Part shown: positions 52,001 through 64,000 of the stretch, piece by piece
Layout: each line of letters begins with the position of its first letter
Numbering within the stretch: the first letter of the stretch is position 1
Assembly: GCA_943704425.1 (NCBI GenBank)
Contig: CALSCP010002427.1
Location: 8,718 to 72,717, forward strand
From: Ministeria vibrans ATCC 50519
Taxonomy: Eukaryota > Protista > Filasterea
Direction of reading: 5' to 3'
Length of the DNA: 64,000 nt
The notes under the pieces: model-generated
Database searches by the model: none
The model's input: only the letters and a program-made list of their open reading frames with translations
What the model was told of the DNA's origin: nothing
Made by a program: the position numbers and the translations under genes

Positions 52001-55000
52001 CTTGATTCACTTGAATCTGTGCTGCCTGACCAACTGTCAGCGCCGTCAGACCCGACACTCGACCTGCCCACAGTTCCCACGTGGCGCCTGTGCCACCAAC
52101 AGCAAGCGTGCTGGGCGACACCAGTGTGCCCTCGTCGTAGACGCGCAGGCTTGTTGGAAACAAGGTTGACGCACCGTCACTCACCGAGGTGACGGTAAGC
52201 GTCTGCGAGGAACCCACATGAACCACGCCGGTAACATCACCTGAAAGCAACGCTGTGGCAATGCTCATGGTGTCAGGTACTTCACTGGCCGTGTCGCTCC
52301 CAAGCACCGAATTGTTCGCCATGAAAGCCAACTGTGCACCCTGTGCCACGTAGAGCACATCAAAGGTGTGCGTCGCGCCGTCTTCAGACTCGAGAATCCA
52401 TGCGGCCGTCGGCTGCTCCGCCTGGTGCAGGTAGCGCTGCGCCACGGGATTCTCGCCACCAAGGAAGACCTGTATTTCACCAAGGGCCGGACGGGTGCCG
52501 CCCGAACGTGTCACCACAATGGTGACGGTTGATGTTGTCTCGTCGACGTACACATCCGTAAACATGCCTGGGGAACAGCCACTGGGATCCACATCGCCGT
52601 CCGTCTTGGCTGTGCTGCCAACCGATACGGAGAAAAGAGATTCGGTCGAGGCGGAGCAGGCTGGGTAGATGCGCACCTTGCGCACGTAGGCGGACGACGC
52701 GAGTGTTACAGTCAGAGTCGTTGTGGCCGATGTCCACAAGGCCCATGAGTCGCTCGTGCTGCCCTGACTTCCATCAAACAGATTCAGCCAATTACTCGCA
52801 CCGTTGCGAATGTTCGACGACGACGAAACTGTGGCAATCGAACCGGGTGCCGTGTATAGCTGGTTGGTGGTGGTGCCGCCACTCAGGTCGAGCAGGCCAC
52901 CGTCATTCTCCATGCGTGTGCCCATACGCGAACTTGTCGCACCACCGTTGTCCACACGCAGTACCTTGCTTGACGCATCCTCGCTGTACACCGTACCAGC
53001 ACCGCCACTCTGAGCTGTACCAAAAGAGGAACCACCCATAGAGCGAATGACGCCTTGGAAGGCGCTACACAACGCTGTCGTACAATACACCGCAACACGA
53101 CCACCTCCACCACCACCTCCCGCCGTCGACGTGGTCGGATCGCCGTTGCCACCATTCGCCGATATCACGCCGAAACCCACCAGCGACCCTGTGTGCACTT
53201 GAACCGAACCGCCGCTTCCTCCGCCACCGGCCGACGACGTGTCGGATGCATTGCCGTCCGCCGAGACAGTGCCCTCCACAAGAAACACCATCGTCACATT
53301 GATGCGAAGGGCACCACCACCAGGTGCGCCTTGCGCCCCACCACCGCCGCTGCCAATCGAAACAGGGAGATATGTGCTGCCGTACGCAAATCGACGAGAA
53401 GTCTGCCACTGTCCCGGACCCCCAAGACCGCCGTGACTGCCGCCCGAACCGCCGTCCGCGTGCGCAAAGCCAGCACCATCACCGGCGCCCGCCGTGTCGC
53501 CACCACCGTTTGCCGACACCGTAGCCAAGCGTGCCAACGAAAACTCCACTGCATCAATGTCGAGTCGATCAGACAAAATGCGGCCGTCACCGCGCACGTC
53601 AATGTAGTCACTGATGAGGTGTGCCGGTGCGTCTTCGTTGGGGGGCACAGCAACACTGAGCAGACTGCCTGCGCCACCCACCACGAGACTGAACGTGTCT
53701 ACTTGTGCCGTTTCGTTCACCACCAACGTCTTGTCGGCACGCACCATCGCTGAATCCTGGTCGAGACGAAGCGACGCGCCACGCCACAACGTCACATTCC
53801 AAGCACCATCAATGACAGTACTGCCTCCCGCCGCATCCACGACGCAGTTGCTCAGTGTCGTCTCGTTGGCAAACGTCAACGTAGCACCATCGTACAAACG
53901 CGTATTGGTGTTGATCGTCAGCGAGCCGCTGAGCCCACTGGCGCCCAGACGCTGGCTGTCTCCAACGTGCAGGCGTCCGCTACCATCCGAATAAAACTTG
54001 GTGAATGCCAACATCGAATTTTCACCCTCCATTGCGAGATGCGCCGAGCCGTTCACGTGAAGCTCGTCGACAAACAACGTCTCACCGCCAACAAGCCAGG
54101 TTCGACCGCTGTCCACGTCGAGCGACATCCAGTCGGCAACATCGTCGGACGACACGGCATTTGCAGCGCCATTGTTGTCCACAAGCAGACGCGTGTGACT
54201 CGCAGCCGACACGAGCGTCTCGCTAGTGTACACCGTACCCGCACCCCCACTGCTGCTTGAGCCAGACGATCCCGTGTGTCCCGCACCTCCAAATGCACGC
54301 AGCGAACCCGTAAAAGGCTCGACACGTGCATTTTGAGTCGCATAGTACACAGCCACACGACCACCGGCTCCACCACCGCCGGGACGTGCGCTGTTCGCAT
54401 CACCATCGCCGCCGTCACACGACACACGTCCCACACCGTGCAATCGGTTTGTCTCCAAGTACACGCTTCCACCACTTCCGCCACCGGCACGCGGCGATTC
54501 GCCCACACCGCCATTGGCGGAAATGACACCGTCAAGAAGCACTGTGGAATTCACTTCGACCCACAAACGACCACCACCTCGTCCGCCTTGCGAGCCGCTG
54601 TTTCCATCGCCGCCGGGACTGCCCAACGACACGGGGTGCGTCACGCTGCCATATGCAGCGCCCACAGTAGCCTGCGCCGCACCACTGCCACCGCGTCCAC
54701 CATGTCCCGCACCACTGGCGCCCGTCGTCGACGCCACCCCTGCACCGGCACTCGAATCCCCGCTTGCAAAGCCAAGGGCGTCTGCATTCAGACTGCCGCC
54801 GGTGTGCACATGCAATTGGTCACACAGAAGGCGCAAAGCCCCCGAACGAATCGTGCCGCCCGATTGCACCTCGATCGTGCCCGTGGTCACCAGCGTCGCC
54901 ACGTCGTCCAGCACCACGTCCACCTGGAAATCAATCAAGCCCTGATTCTCAACAATCACGTCGGCCCAGCGCACAACAGGAAGCGCAGCCGTCTCACCAA

Positions 55001-58000
55001 CAGTCTGGACCGTCCGTTCAATCACCACAGTGCCATTGGCGGCCACAATAAGACGTTGGGGACCGGCCAGATCGCCACGAAGGTGCACAGTGACACTGGG
55101 CGCCACAACCAGGCCTGCCGTTAGGGACAGTCTACTTCCCTGATACGTCTCCAAATTGACTGCAAGCAGTGCGTTCTCCTGCGCAGCAACGTCCACACCG
55201 AGATTGAATTGCTGGCCGTAGCCCACGTGCAGTGTTCCCGACCGGTCGCCCTCCACACGACCAACGTTCAGAGTAAAACTCAAGGTCGCGTTGAATGCGG
55301 CCACGTGTGCCCCGTTGAGAATTTGCAATCGATCCACACTGACACTCGCAGCCGCCAAGTCGGTGAGCCATGTGCGCCCCGAGTCATCGTCCAAGACCGC
55401 GTACGACGCAATGAGTGCAGGACTTGGACTCGCCTGCGCCACACCACCATCGACCGTCACCACAGTTTCGCGCTTAAAATACACATCGCCAGCAATGGTT
55501 TCCTTCCGCAACCTCGCTACGTATATCGTACCCGGTCCGCCTGGCTGAGCGTCACTTCCGCTGCCTGCCGCGCCGCCATAACAGGTGCTGGTCCCGTTGA
55601 ATCCAAGGAGAACACGCGAGGCGGCCGCCAGACCTTCGGCACTCGAGACGAGCTGGTCAGCGACGCCGTCGCCCACGAGCGCAATGCGTCCACCACCACC
55701 GCCACCACCGCCACTCGACAAACCTGCACCGCCATTTGCTGAGAGCGCACCAGCGCCCGACAGCCACCGTGAGGCAGTGACAAAAAGCGAGCCGCCCGAG
55801 CCGCCCCCAGTATTGCCCGAGGTCGCATCTTGGCCGTTGACCGAAATGGTACCGTCCAGAATAGCATCGCGACAAGATACGAGAAGGTAGCCGCCGCCGA
55901 GCCCGCCGGAAGCGCCTCCGCGGCAACCCGGCAAAATCGGGCTGGTAAGGCTACCAAATGCAGCGGCTACAAGCGACGCAGATGCCGAGCTGCCAAGGCC
56001 GCCCGATCCGGCGTGACTCGCCCCAGCAGACGACGTGGGCATCGCCCCACACGAATGATCGGCTGGAGTTATGGTGACAGTTGCCTCAGCGTCAACCATG
56101 AAAGACTCAGCGGCCGTGACATTGAGCGACGCAAACGACACGGAGGAGCCGCCGTGAAAGCGAACAGACGTGGTAGACACTACAATCAGACCCACTGTGG
56201 TTCCGCTGAGACTTGTGGGCACCTTCATCACAGCCGTCGCTTCGACCGTCAATGCACCCAGTACAAACATGCCCGCGGGTGACCCAACCGTCGCAGCAGT
56301 TGTCACGTCAACGTCAGCCGTGCAACCAGCACCCAACGTCCACCGTGCGCCCGAAGGAATAGTGCCTGCCAACACCAACTGACCATCAGCAAAGGTGAGA
56401 GTGAGAGAGTCGGGCCACGACAGATCGCCAGTGGCGTGCACAAAAACACTAGTGCGCAGTTGGCTGTCATCGTCCCGCACAGCAATCACGGCCGTCTGCG
56501 ACGTACCCACATGAAGCGCCCCAGTTCCATCCGTGTCCATGTGATTCGTCACAGTGAGAAAGGCAGCGCCAGTGAGCGTTGAGGCAATGTGTGCTCCGTT
56601 GTACAGATGCACTTCGTTAAAACTGGCAATTTCGGTAATCCAAGTGCGACCACCGTCAATATCCAGGGCCGCATAGCTAGCAATCTCCGTTGAGGTAGGT
56701 ACAATACCATTGGCATCAACCAAAAGCGTGCGGTTTCCACCGCCACCCAGATCAAGTACCACCGTTCCCGCACCTCCACCCGAGCTGCTTCCACTGCCGC
56801 CTGCAACACCACCAAATGCCGAGTACTGGCCCAAAAAGGCTACATTGTCCGCGTACATCAGGTACACATGACCACCCGCTCCGCCACCACCCAATGCCAA
56901 GCCAGCGCCACCGTTCGCCGAGATTTGCCCAATGCCACTCAGCGTGCCCGCGTTCACCACAAGACTACCACCGCTGGCACCCCCAGCATTGCCGGCGGTC
57001 GCAGCACCACCGTTACTTGACACTTGACCGTTGACGGTGAGACTGGTGGCAGCTGTCACACGCAAAAGGCCGCCACCAAGGGGAGCGGTGGCGCCTCCGC
57101 CGCTACTGCCAAACGTCGCAGGTGTCCCCAACGACCCATACGCAGCAGCAATTGCTGCCGAGCCGCCTCCGCGACCGCCCTTGCCTGCGTGACTCGCACC
57201 CGAACAGCCCGATATCTCATCGGTGGTGCCTGCAGCGCTGCCACCGCTCGGTGCAAGGGCGTCGGCGCGCAGAAGCCCGGCAGCGTCGACAGTGATCACA
57301 GGGCAGGTGACAGTCAGAGTACGACCTTCGACGACGCCACCTCCACGAATCGTGAGTGACGAAGTGACTGCAAGTGTCCAAACATCCGACGTGGACGTAC
57401 TCGAGCCACAGGTGATGGTACCGCGATCACGCACCTCGAGCGAGGCGAGTGCGAGTGTGCGCGAGGAGGCTGACGCGGACAGCGTCAGCGTACTCTGATC
57501 GTCCACGATGAGCTCGGTCGACGGACCGCTCCACGTGCCGTACACAGTTACCGCACGCTGCAGCAAGTCGACACGGGTCGGAGGTAGGTTGAAGACGCCG
57601 AGAGAATAGATGCGCGGGGCGAATCCAATGCGATAATTGGGCGACATGGGGAAGCGAGCAAGACGCTCATTTACCGTAAGCACCTGCCCATTGTCAACGT
57701 GGACGACACCCGTGTCGTCTCCCACGAGCCAATCCACGGACACCTGAGCAGTCGCCGCAAACACTACGTGCGCGTCACCACGAAGCACCATACGCTCAAA
57801 CGAAAAGGCCACGGAGCCAAAGTCTGCAGTGAGCCAGGCGGCTGCTCCCTCATTTTCGACAGTCACAAAGACGGTCGTGTCAGCTACAACGGGCGCTGAG
57901 CTCTGTGCGTCTACAACCAGCGTGCGGTTTCCGCTCACTTCGTCCAACAAAAACAGCGTACCCGGACCGCCCACCGCACCACCCCCGCTGCCGCCAACCG

Positions 58001-61000
58001 AGAGAAGCGAGCCGGTAAATGTGGCAATGGTGCTGCTGTAGTACACGGCCATGCGACCGCCCGAGCCACCGCCGCCTGCCGGTGCAATACCAGCACCCCC
58101 CGACACCGAAATGGTGCCTGAGCCCGCAAGCGAATCGACGTTAAGCCAGATGCTGCCACCGCTGCCACCACCATCGTTTGCGGCCGTTCCATCGCCGCCC
58201 GACGCGGACAGCGTGCCGTCCACGGTGAGAGTGCTGGTCACATTGACAATAATCCAGCCACCACCGGCACCGCCACTGCCACCGCCAGTACCGCCCGCCG
58301 AGCCAAACACATGCGGTGCACGGTAGGAGCCGTAGGGAGTACCGCCCGGTGCCGCCGCACCAACCCCCCCTCGTCCGCCAAAACTGCCCCCAGACGCTCC
58401 CGACACAAAGGACGCGCCCAAGCCAGTGCCAGAGGAGGCAAACCCAGCGCCGACGACCGACACTGTGCCCGAAGAGGTCACCTGTACGTCGGAACTGACG
58501 ACGGTGAGCGCGTGCGCCTCAAGACGCGCATCGCTCTCGACAATAAGCGCGGCGCTCAGTCGCATTTCAAAGTCGTCCGTCTCGGTCACCGCGCTGCTCT
58601 CAAGCAGCACTACACTGTCGTTGCGCACCATAAAAGACTGGAACTCGAGCGTGCGGTCGGCACTCGATGTGAATGTCGCGGTGGCATTGTCAAATGCCAG
58701 GTTGCATGGAAGACCATCCATATTGCCACGCACGTCTATTGACATGTGTGAAAAGCTCACCAAGAGAGCCGTCAGCACCAGATTCGACGCGGCATACACT
58801 TGGGGCTGGACCGGGAAAACATTGTCACCGGCGGTCGTAAGATACACGTCGTTGCTCACGGTCCAAGTCGTGCTGGGACGAATGTGGAGCGTGGACGAGC
58901 GGTCGCCACTGAGTGTCGCCGTCGACACAGAGAGGGCATCGTCGTCGACTGACAAGTGGGCACCGTTGACGAGGCGGACCTCGTCAAATGTGTACAGTGT
59001 CGCGAGATTCACGCGCGACAAGTAAGTTGCCGCACCGCTCGTGACGAGCGTCGACGTGTACGACGAAGTCTGTACAATGGCCGAGAGACGCGAGCCGGTG
59101 TCCACCGTCAGCGTATAAACGGGCGACCCCGGGTAGCTCGTCACAACCAAACGTGTGCCAGCACCGCCATTCTCAGCGGCTACGCCGCCGCTGAGGCCAC
59201 CTCGCGCGTTGAGAGCGCCTGTGAATCCGGCGACAGACGTTGCATAAATGGCCATGCGACCGGCTGCGCCGCCACCGCCATCACCAACAATTGCTGCATC
59301 ACCACCGTCCACCGTTAGCGTACCAGCGCCCGTCAGTGTCGTCGCAATGAGCCAGAGCGAACCGCCTGCACCGCCACCTTCACCAGTCGAATTGCCAGCA
59401 CCGCCTTGAGCGGTCACCTCGCCTTCAATGGTAATCGTCGTCGTGGCGTTGAGCAGAAGATGTCCGCCGCCTGCACCGCCCACGGCGGACGGGCCTACAC
59501 CGCCACCGCCCCCACTGCCAAACAGCGTTGGCTCAAATACACTACCGTACGTCATGCCTGCAACTGCCCCCACGCCCGCACCGCCACGTCCACCGTGACT
59601 TCCGCCGCTACCACCCGACGGTGCACCGGTGCCTGCGCCCGAGCCGGTCGTCATGCCTGCCGCAGCCACGGTGACAAGTCCGCCTGCATCAACGGTGATG
59701 TCGGCAGCGTGCAATGCAACCGCGCGGCCATCGAGAATACCACCCGAGTTGACGGTGAGGTGTCGTGTGAGGTGTACTTGCCAAACATCGGCATCGTTGT
59801 CGACAATGCCGTCAAAGGTGAGTTGACCGCCATCCTCGACGGTGATACTGCCAAGCACCACCGAACGCTCGCCAGCAAGCGTTAAGTGGGTGCCATTGCG
59901 CACGACCAAATCGAGGTTGGGCGAGTTAAGCGAGCCGCACACAACAAGACTGTCGTCAACGTTAAGTTCTATGGGAGGCAGGGTCAGCGACCCGTCGTCG
60001 TACACCACGGTCACCATGGGCATCGTTGTCGTGGGCGTGGTTGGAAAAAGGAACACATTGCGCGTCACAACTATGTCTACGTCAGTACCGACGTGGAAAT
60101 ACCCCGAGTTGTCGCCAATCAGGTTTTGCGCCATCAAAGCGGTACTCGCCTCGAAAGCAAGCTGTGCGCCTCCCGTCACCTGGACGGTCGTCATGTTGTA
60201 GGTGTCGACAGGCACGAAGGTGATGCCACCATGCGAGAGCACGTTTGAATAAACACACTCAATCGTCACGTTCACAATCGCATCGCGATTGTCAACCAGA
60301 AGAGTGCTGAGCGAACCGCTCGCAAGGACGACAGTACCCGCACCGGCATTCTCTCCAACGCCCATACTGAGACCTCCAAAAGCAGACGCTGTCACGGCAA
60401 AGGTGGTCTCAGTGGTCACCGCAACGGCGATTCGTCCGCCACCACCCCCACCGCCAGCGCCAAGACCAGCGCCACCCGAGGCAGAAAGAAAGCCACTTCC
60501 AGCAAACAAATCGGCGTCGATGTCAATGGATCCACCTGAGCCACCACCTGCGCCGGGCTCAGTCGCATCTAATCCATCTACGTGAATAGCACCGTCCAGA
60601 GTGACGGTGCCCGTGGAAGACAGACGGAATTTTCCACCGCCCAGGCCACCGCCGGAGCCCGAGGCAAGACCTCCGCCCGACCCAAACGAAAACGGTGCCA
60701 AAAGGCTACCGTAAAAGTCGCCATAGTCCGAAGGTACTGCACCCGCACCTCCTCGTCCACCGTGCCCAGCACCGCCAGCGCTTGTGGCGTGTGCGCCGCC
60801 AGGAGCGAAGCCAGTGCCGCCAGAAAATCCGCGGCCAGCTGAAAGAATCGCGGACGAGGCATCAACGGAAAAAAAGCCTGCGACAACGTCCAGAGCACGA
60901 CATGAGATGTTGCCACCGTTTGAAAGTGCTACACCGGTCGTTGCACTGATTGTCCACACATCTGAATCGTTTTGGGACGAATCGAGAGTCAACGAAGCAG

Positions 61001-63729
61001 TGGCCGTCGTAAGCGAGAGAGTCCCCAAAGAAATGGAACGGTCGGCCGTTGATGTGAAAATTACAGAAGCAGAATCATCCAAAGACAGAGACGCAGAAGG
61101 ACCATCAAAGTTGCCGAAGACAGTCAAACCAAATCCAGAAACAGACACTGACGCGGGCGGCAAAACAAAGTTCCCGGATGCGTAAATCCACGGAATCACT
61201 CCAAGTTCGTCGTTGACCGACCCCACCGACGATGACACACTTGTGATAATCGACAGCGTGAGCGTAGACGGCACATGGATGTACCCGCTCTTGTCGCCCA
61301 CCAATACGCCAACCGACAATGCCGTCGTCGACGCATCCGCCACAACAACTGCATTGCTCGACACAACAAGTGCATCCACCGACGCACTTGTGCCAAGATC
61401 CGACGTCAGCACTGTCACACTGTCCCCTGCGGCGACAAACGTCGCGTAGTTTGACTGGAGCGACAAACTCACCGTCGCGCCAGCATTGATCGCAGAGAGT
61501 GTCGTCGCGCCACTTGTCTCCTCGTAAATCGTACCAGCTCCACCTGGCTGACCTCCGCTCGCGGGTCCACCGCCAACAGCACTCAGACCGGCAAACGTCG
61601 ACGCAGTCGTCGCATACACTGCAATACGTCCACCACCGCCTCCGCCAGAGTTCGCCGTTGCCCCACCAGCACCGCCATTTGCAGTCACACTGCCCGAGCC
61701 AGCCATCGTCGCGCACTCAATCAAAATCGATCCGCCAGATCCACCGCCACCAAGGCCAACACCAGCACCGCCATTGGCGGTCACACTGCCGTCCACAGTC
61801 ACAGTGTTTCCACGCGCATCAATGTACACACGGCCGCCACCACGGCCTCCGCTGGCTCCACCACCACCCGAACCAAGTGACGAGGGCATCAGCGTATTGC
61901 CATACCCTCCGCCACCATTCGCCGAGTTGCTACGCCCGCCAACACCGCCGTGTCCGCCGCCAGAGCCGCTCGTGTCGCCCTGCCCGCTGCCGAGGCCTGC
62001 AGCAAAGCCCAAACTTGACGCAGTTATGCTGGCTGCACCACCTATGGTAACATCTCCTTCGGCGGAGATGTTGAGCGAGGGTGAAGTGATTGCCGCTCCA
62101 CCGCTTAGCGCAAGAGTGCTGGCTGTGAGAATGGTCCAGTCGTCGGCCGGCGTGCCGTCTGTGTTCAGCACAAGGTGTCCTGTTGCGGAGACAACGCCAA
62201 GAGTGTTGCAGTGAAATTTTCGATCCATGGCGGCCATGTCGAACGTAATAGTGCACGACGGACCCACCGTCAGGTCGGTACTTGGGCCGTCAAAGTTGCC
62301 ATATACCGTAAAGGAAATCCCGGTCGCGGTGACAGCGGTCGGCGGAAGAGTGGTTGTCGCCGTCGCGTAGATTTGCGGAACGACGGCCAAATTGCTGTTG
62401 CCGCCCGCCAGCCCTTGTTGTGCCGCAACCGTGACCGTGAGCGACGACGTAGGACTGACGTGTATTACACCGGACAGGTCACCGCGAAGGGTCCCAATGG
62501 AGAGTGCGTCACCGCGCGGGAGAGCAACGTGTGCGCTTTGCAAAATGTCGAGAAAGTCGATGGTGTGTGCGTTGGGTGCGATGGTTGCCCAGGTGACCAC
62601 GCTATTTGTCTCGACGGCAGAAAAGTCAGACGATAAACTCACCCCCGATGCCAGCAGGTTGTTGTCAATGACGAGGCGCGTCTGACTGGCACCATTGTAG
62701 AAGACAGTGCCGGCAGCGCCGTTTCCCGCCGTGCTCGCTCCGCCAAAGGCCGAGGCGACGCCCGAAAACGTTAGCGTATCATAGTCAAGGCGAATGCGCC
62801 CGCCTGCGCCACCACCACCCGTGGTGCCGTCGCCAGTGCCACCGTTTGCGGTCACGCTTCCGGCACCAGCAAACGTGGCACACGTGAGCCAAACGCTGCC
62901 GCCAGAGCCGCCGCCGCCGTCGCTGGAGCCCGCAGCACCATTGGCGGTGACCAACCCAGCAACGGTGAGCGTGTCGAGAACTGCGACACGAACAAAGCCA
63001 CCGCCCGCGCCGCCGCCCGCCACGCTACCATTGCCACCGCCGCTGCCAGCGTACACGGGCAGGGAATAGTTGCCAAAGGCGACGCCAAGAGTGCTGGTGC
63101 CTGCACCTGGACCCCCGGTGCCGCCGTGACCGGCACCTGAGCCGCCTGCTATAGACGAGTCGCCCGATCCAGGACCTGCCGCAGGCCCGTGGCCTCGAGC
63201 GTCGGCAGTGAGGATGCCTGTCGAGCTGATACTCAGATCGACGGCGTTGATGGTGGTCGTGAGACCCAGTTCCAAGTCGACAAGGACGTTGACTGTCCCG
63301 TCGATCGTCAGCGACGAGTAGTTGTGCGTTCCCAGCGGCATGTCGCACGTCGAGCCAAACGCAACGACGACGTTCGCCGTCGTTGTGTCGCAGTCGACGC
63401 CCGCCACCAGTGCCGTCGCCAAAGACAAAAGCACCAGCGCATTGACAAGCAGTCTAAATTGCACGCCACACGCAGAAGCGGTGTGCGGGGGGAGGGAGAG
63501 GAGGGGGGTCAGGAACAGGGGGTCAGAGAGACGAGGAGACAAGGGCACGCGAGCGGGCGCAACGGACAAATGCGTGTTTGGGCGCGAACCGGAAAAGGAT
63601 TCATTTAGACAAAAAAAGAACATCACAAAAAAAAAACGCTTAGCATTGAAGCGCAGAAGGCCGCTCGATACACTCCTTAGCAAGACGTCGTATGCACGCA
63701 TAATAGCTGCGGCGGCGGGTTGGGTGCAT
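19074..63729 (-). CDS. Giant type I transmembrane protein (~14,803 aa): signal peptide, ~30 glycine-rich modules, EGF array, VWD, LamG/pentraxin-like, C8-like, TM, acidic cytoplasmic tail (predicted exons 63729-63698 and 63453-19074)
   Basis: Stop-free frame of >44.7 kb (ORF track 19074..63818). The proposed splice gives MHPTRRRSYYALLVNALVLLSLATALVAG-VD (signal peptide). Periodic Gly-rich motifs, many N-x-S/T sequons, Cys-rich EGF repeats (~26850-22500), TM IPIIAGVVAAVALILLILLVCWCV (20129-20058) followed by RRRRRK stop-transfer. The start and exon 1 are inferred; the body of the ORF is certain. Confidence 0.92.
22500..26850 (-). repeat. Protein-level array of tenascin-type EGF repeats organised as ~10 four-unit super-repeats
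   Basis: CSGHGxC...CxCxxGWxGxxC units. The marker CxCxxC(Y/F/R/D)xGxxC recurs ten times at ~130-aa spacing. Confidence 0.92.
26860..63400 (-). repeat. Protein-level tandem array of ~30 diverged ~400-aa glycine-rich modules
   Basis: Recurrent order GxGHGGxGG / YG...PxxxGSxGG / GGxGGG / VxGxxxAxG / GGGSGGS(V/I)(W/Y) / GGGGGR(I/V)A / GGAGTVY / LxVDN / GDxSGxxHV...Q. I count 30 GxAGT-type end motifs. Confidence 0.92.
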
Positions 63730-64000
63730 TTCACGGGAGATCGGCGAGAGAGCGGATCAAAGGTCGCGCCTATCGTGCACGACTCACGACTCACGCCGCG
63801 CAGGGACACGGCACGCACGGAAGAAGGTACGCCCCGCGCAGATCAATGCCACGTCGCGATCAAACAGACAGGCGCCCTCGCCAGGCGAGGAGTTTGTGCG
63901 CGTGTGGCTCTAATGCGAGTTTGGCAAAGTCGACAAGACAGAACTTGCTTTTTTAGTACTATGAGCGTGCGCTGACCATCCGTGAGAAGTCTCTTGGTCC

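Noticed and set aside
63454-63818. ORF-track N-terminus (MRAVSLRG...FFFVMFFF...) of the giant protein
   Set aside because: Non-ATG start and intron-like U/CT-rich sequence. A spliced start gives a much better signal peptide.
19145-63975. Many long overlapping ORFs within the giant gene (e.g. 25928-27751, 23582-25120, 22335-23564)
   Set aside because: Alternative-frame or antisense by-products of Gly/Ala/Val/Cys codon bias. They translate to R/H/T- or P-rich sequence without domain structure.

Overview
Eukaryotic (protist-like) scaffold window with GT-AG introns, microsatellites and one N-gap. The left ~19 kb is a compact gene cluster that I reconstructed by hand from splice sites. It holds the 3' exon of a PH-REM-CDC25 RasGEF, the 3' four exons of 2-oxoglutarate dehydrogenase E1, a MOSPD1/3-like MSP+2TM gene, LSm8, an 11-exon SPO11, an intronless 2,799-aa NO VEIN/sacsin-type GHKL ATPase with a C-terminal DUF3883 nuclease-like domain, and a truncated secreted gene whose first domain resembles a reelin subrepeat. 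The right ~45 kb is one gene for a predicted ~14,800-aa type I membrane protein, encoded almost entirely by one ~44.4-kb exon. Its layout is: signal peptide, ~30 diverged ~400-aa glycine-rich modules in two capped sub-arrays (three carrying a discoidin-like insert), ten 4-unit EGF super-repeats, a small FGY-x-N domain, VWD, a LamG/pentraxin domain with an R5 motif, a C8-like domain, a TM helix and an acidic tail. This giant surface protein is the main candidate for an undescribed system. All family assignments come from motif recognition by eye; no searches were run.
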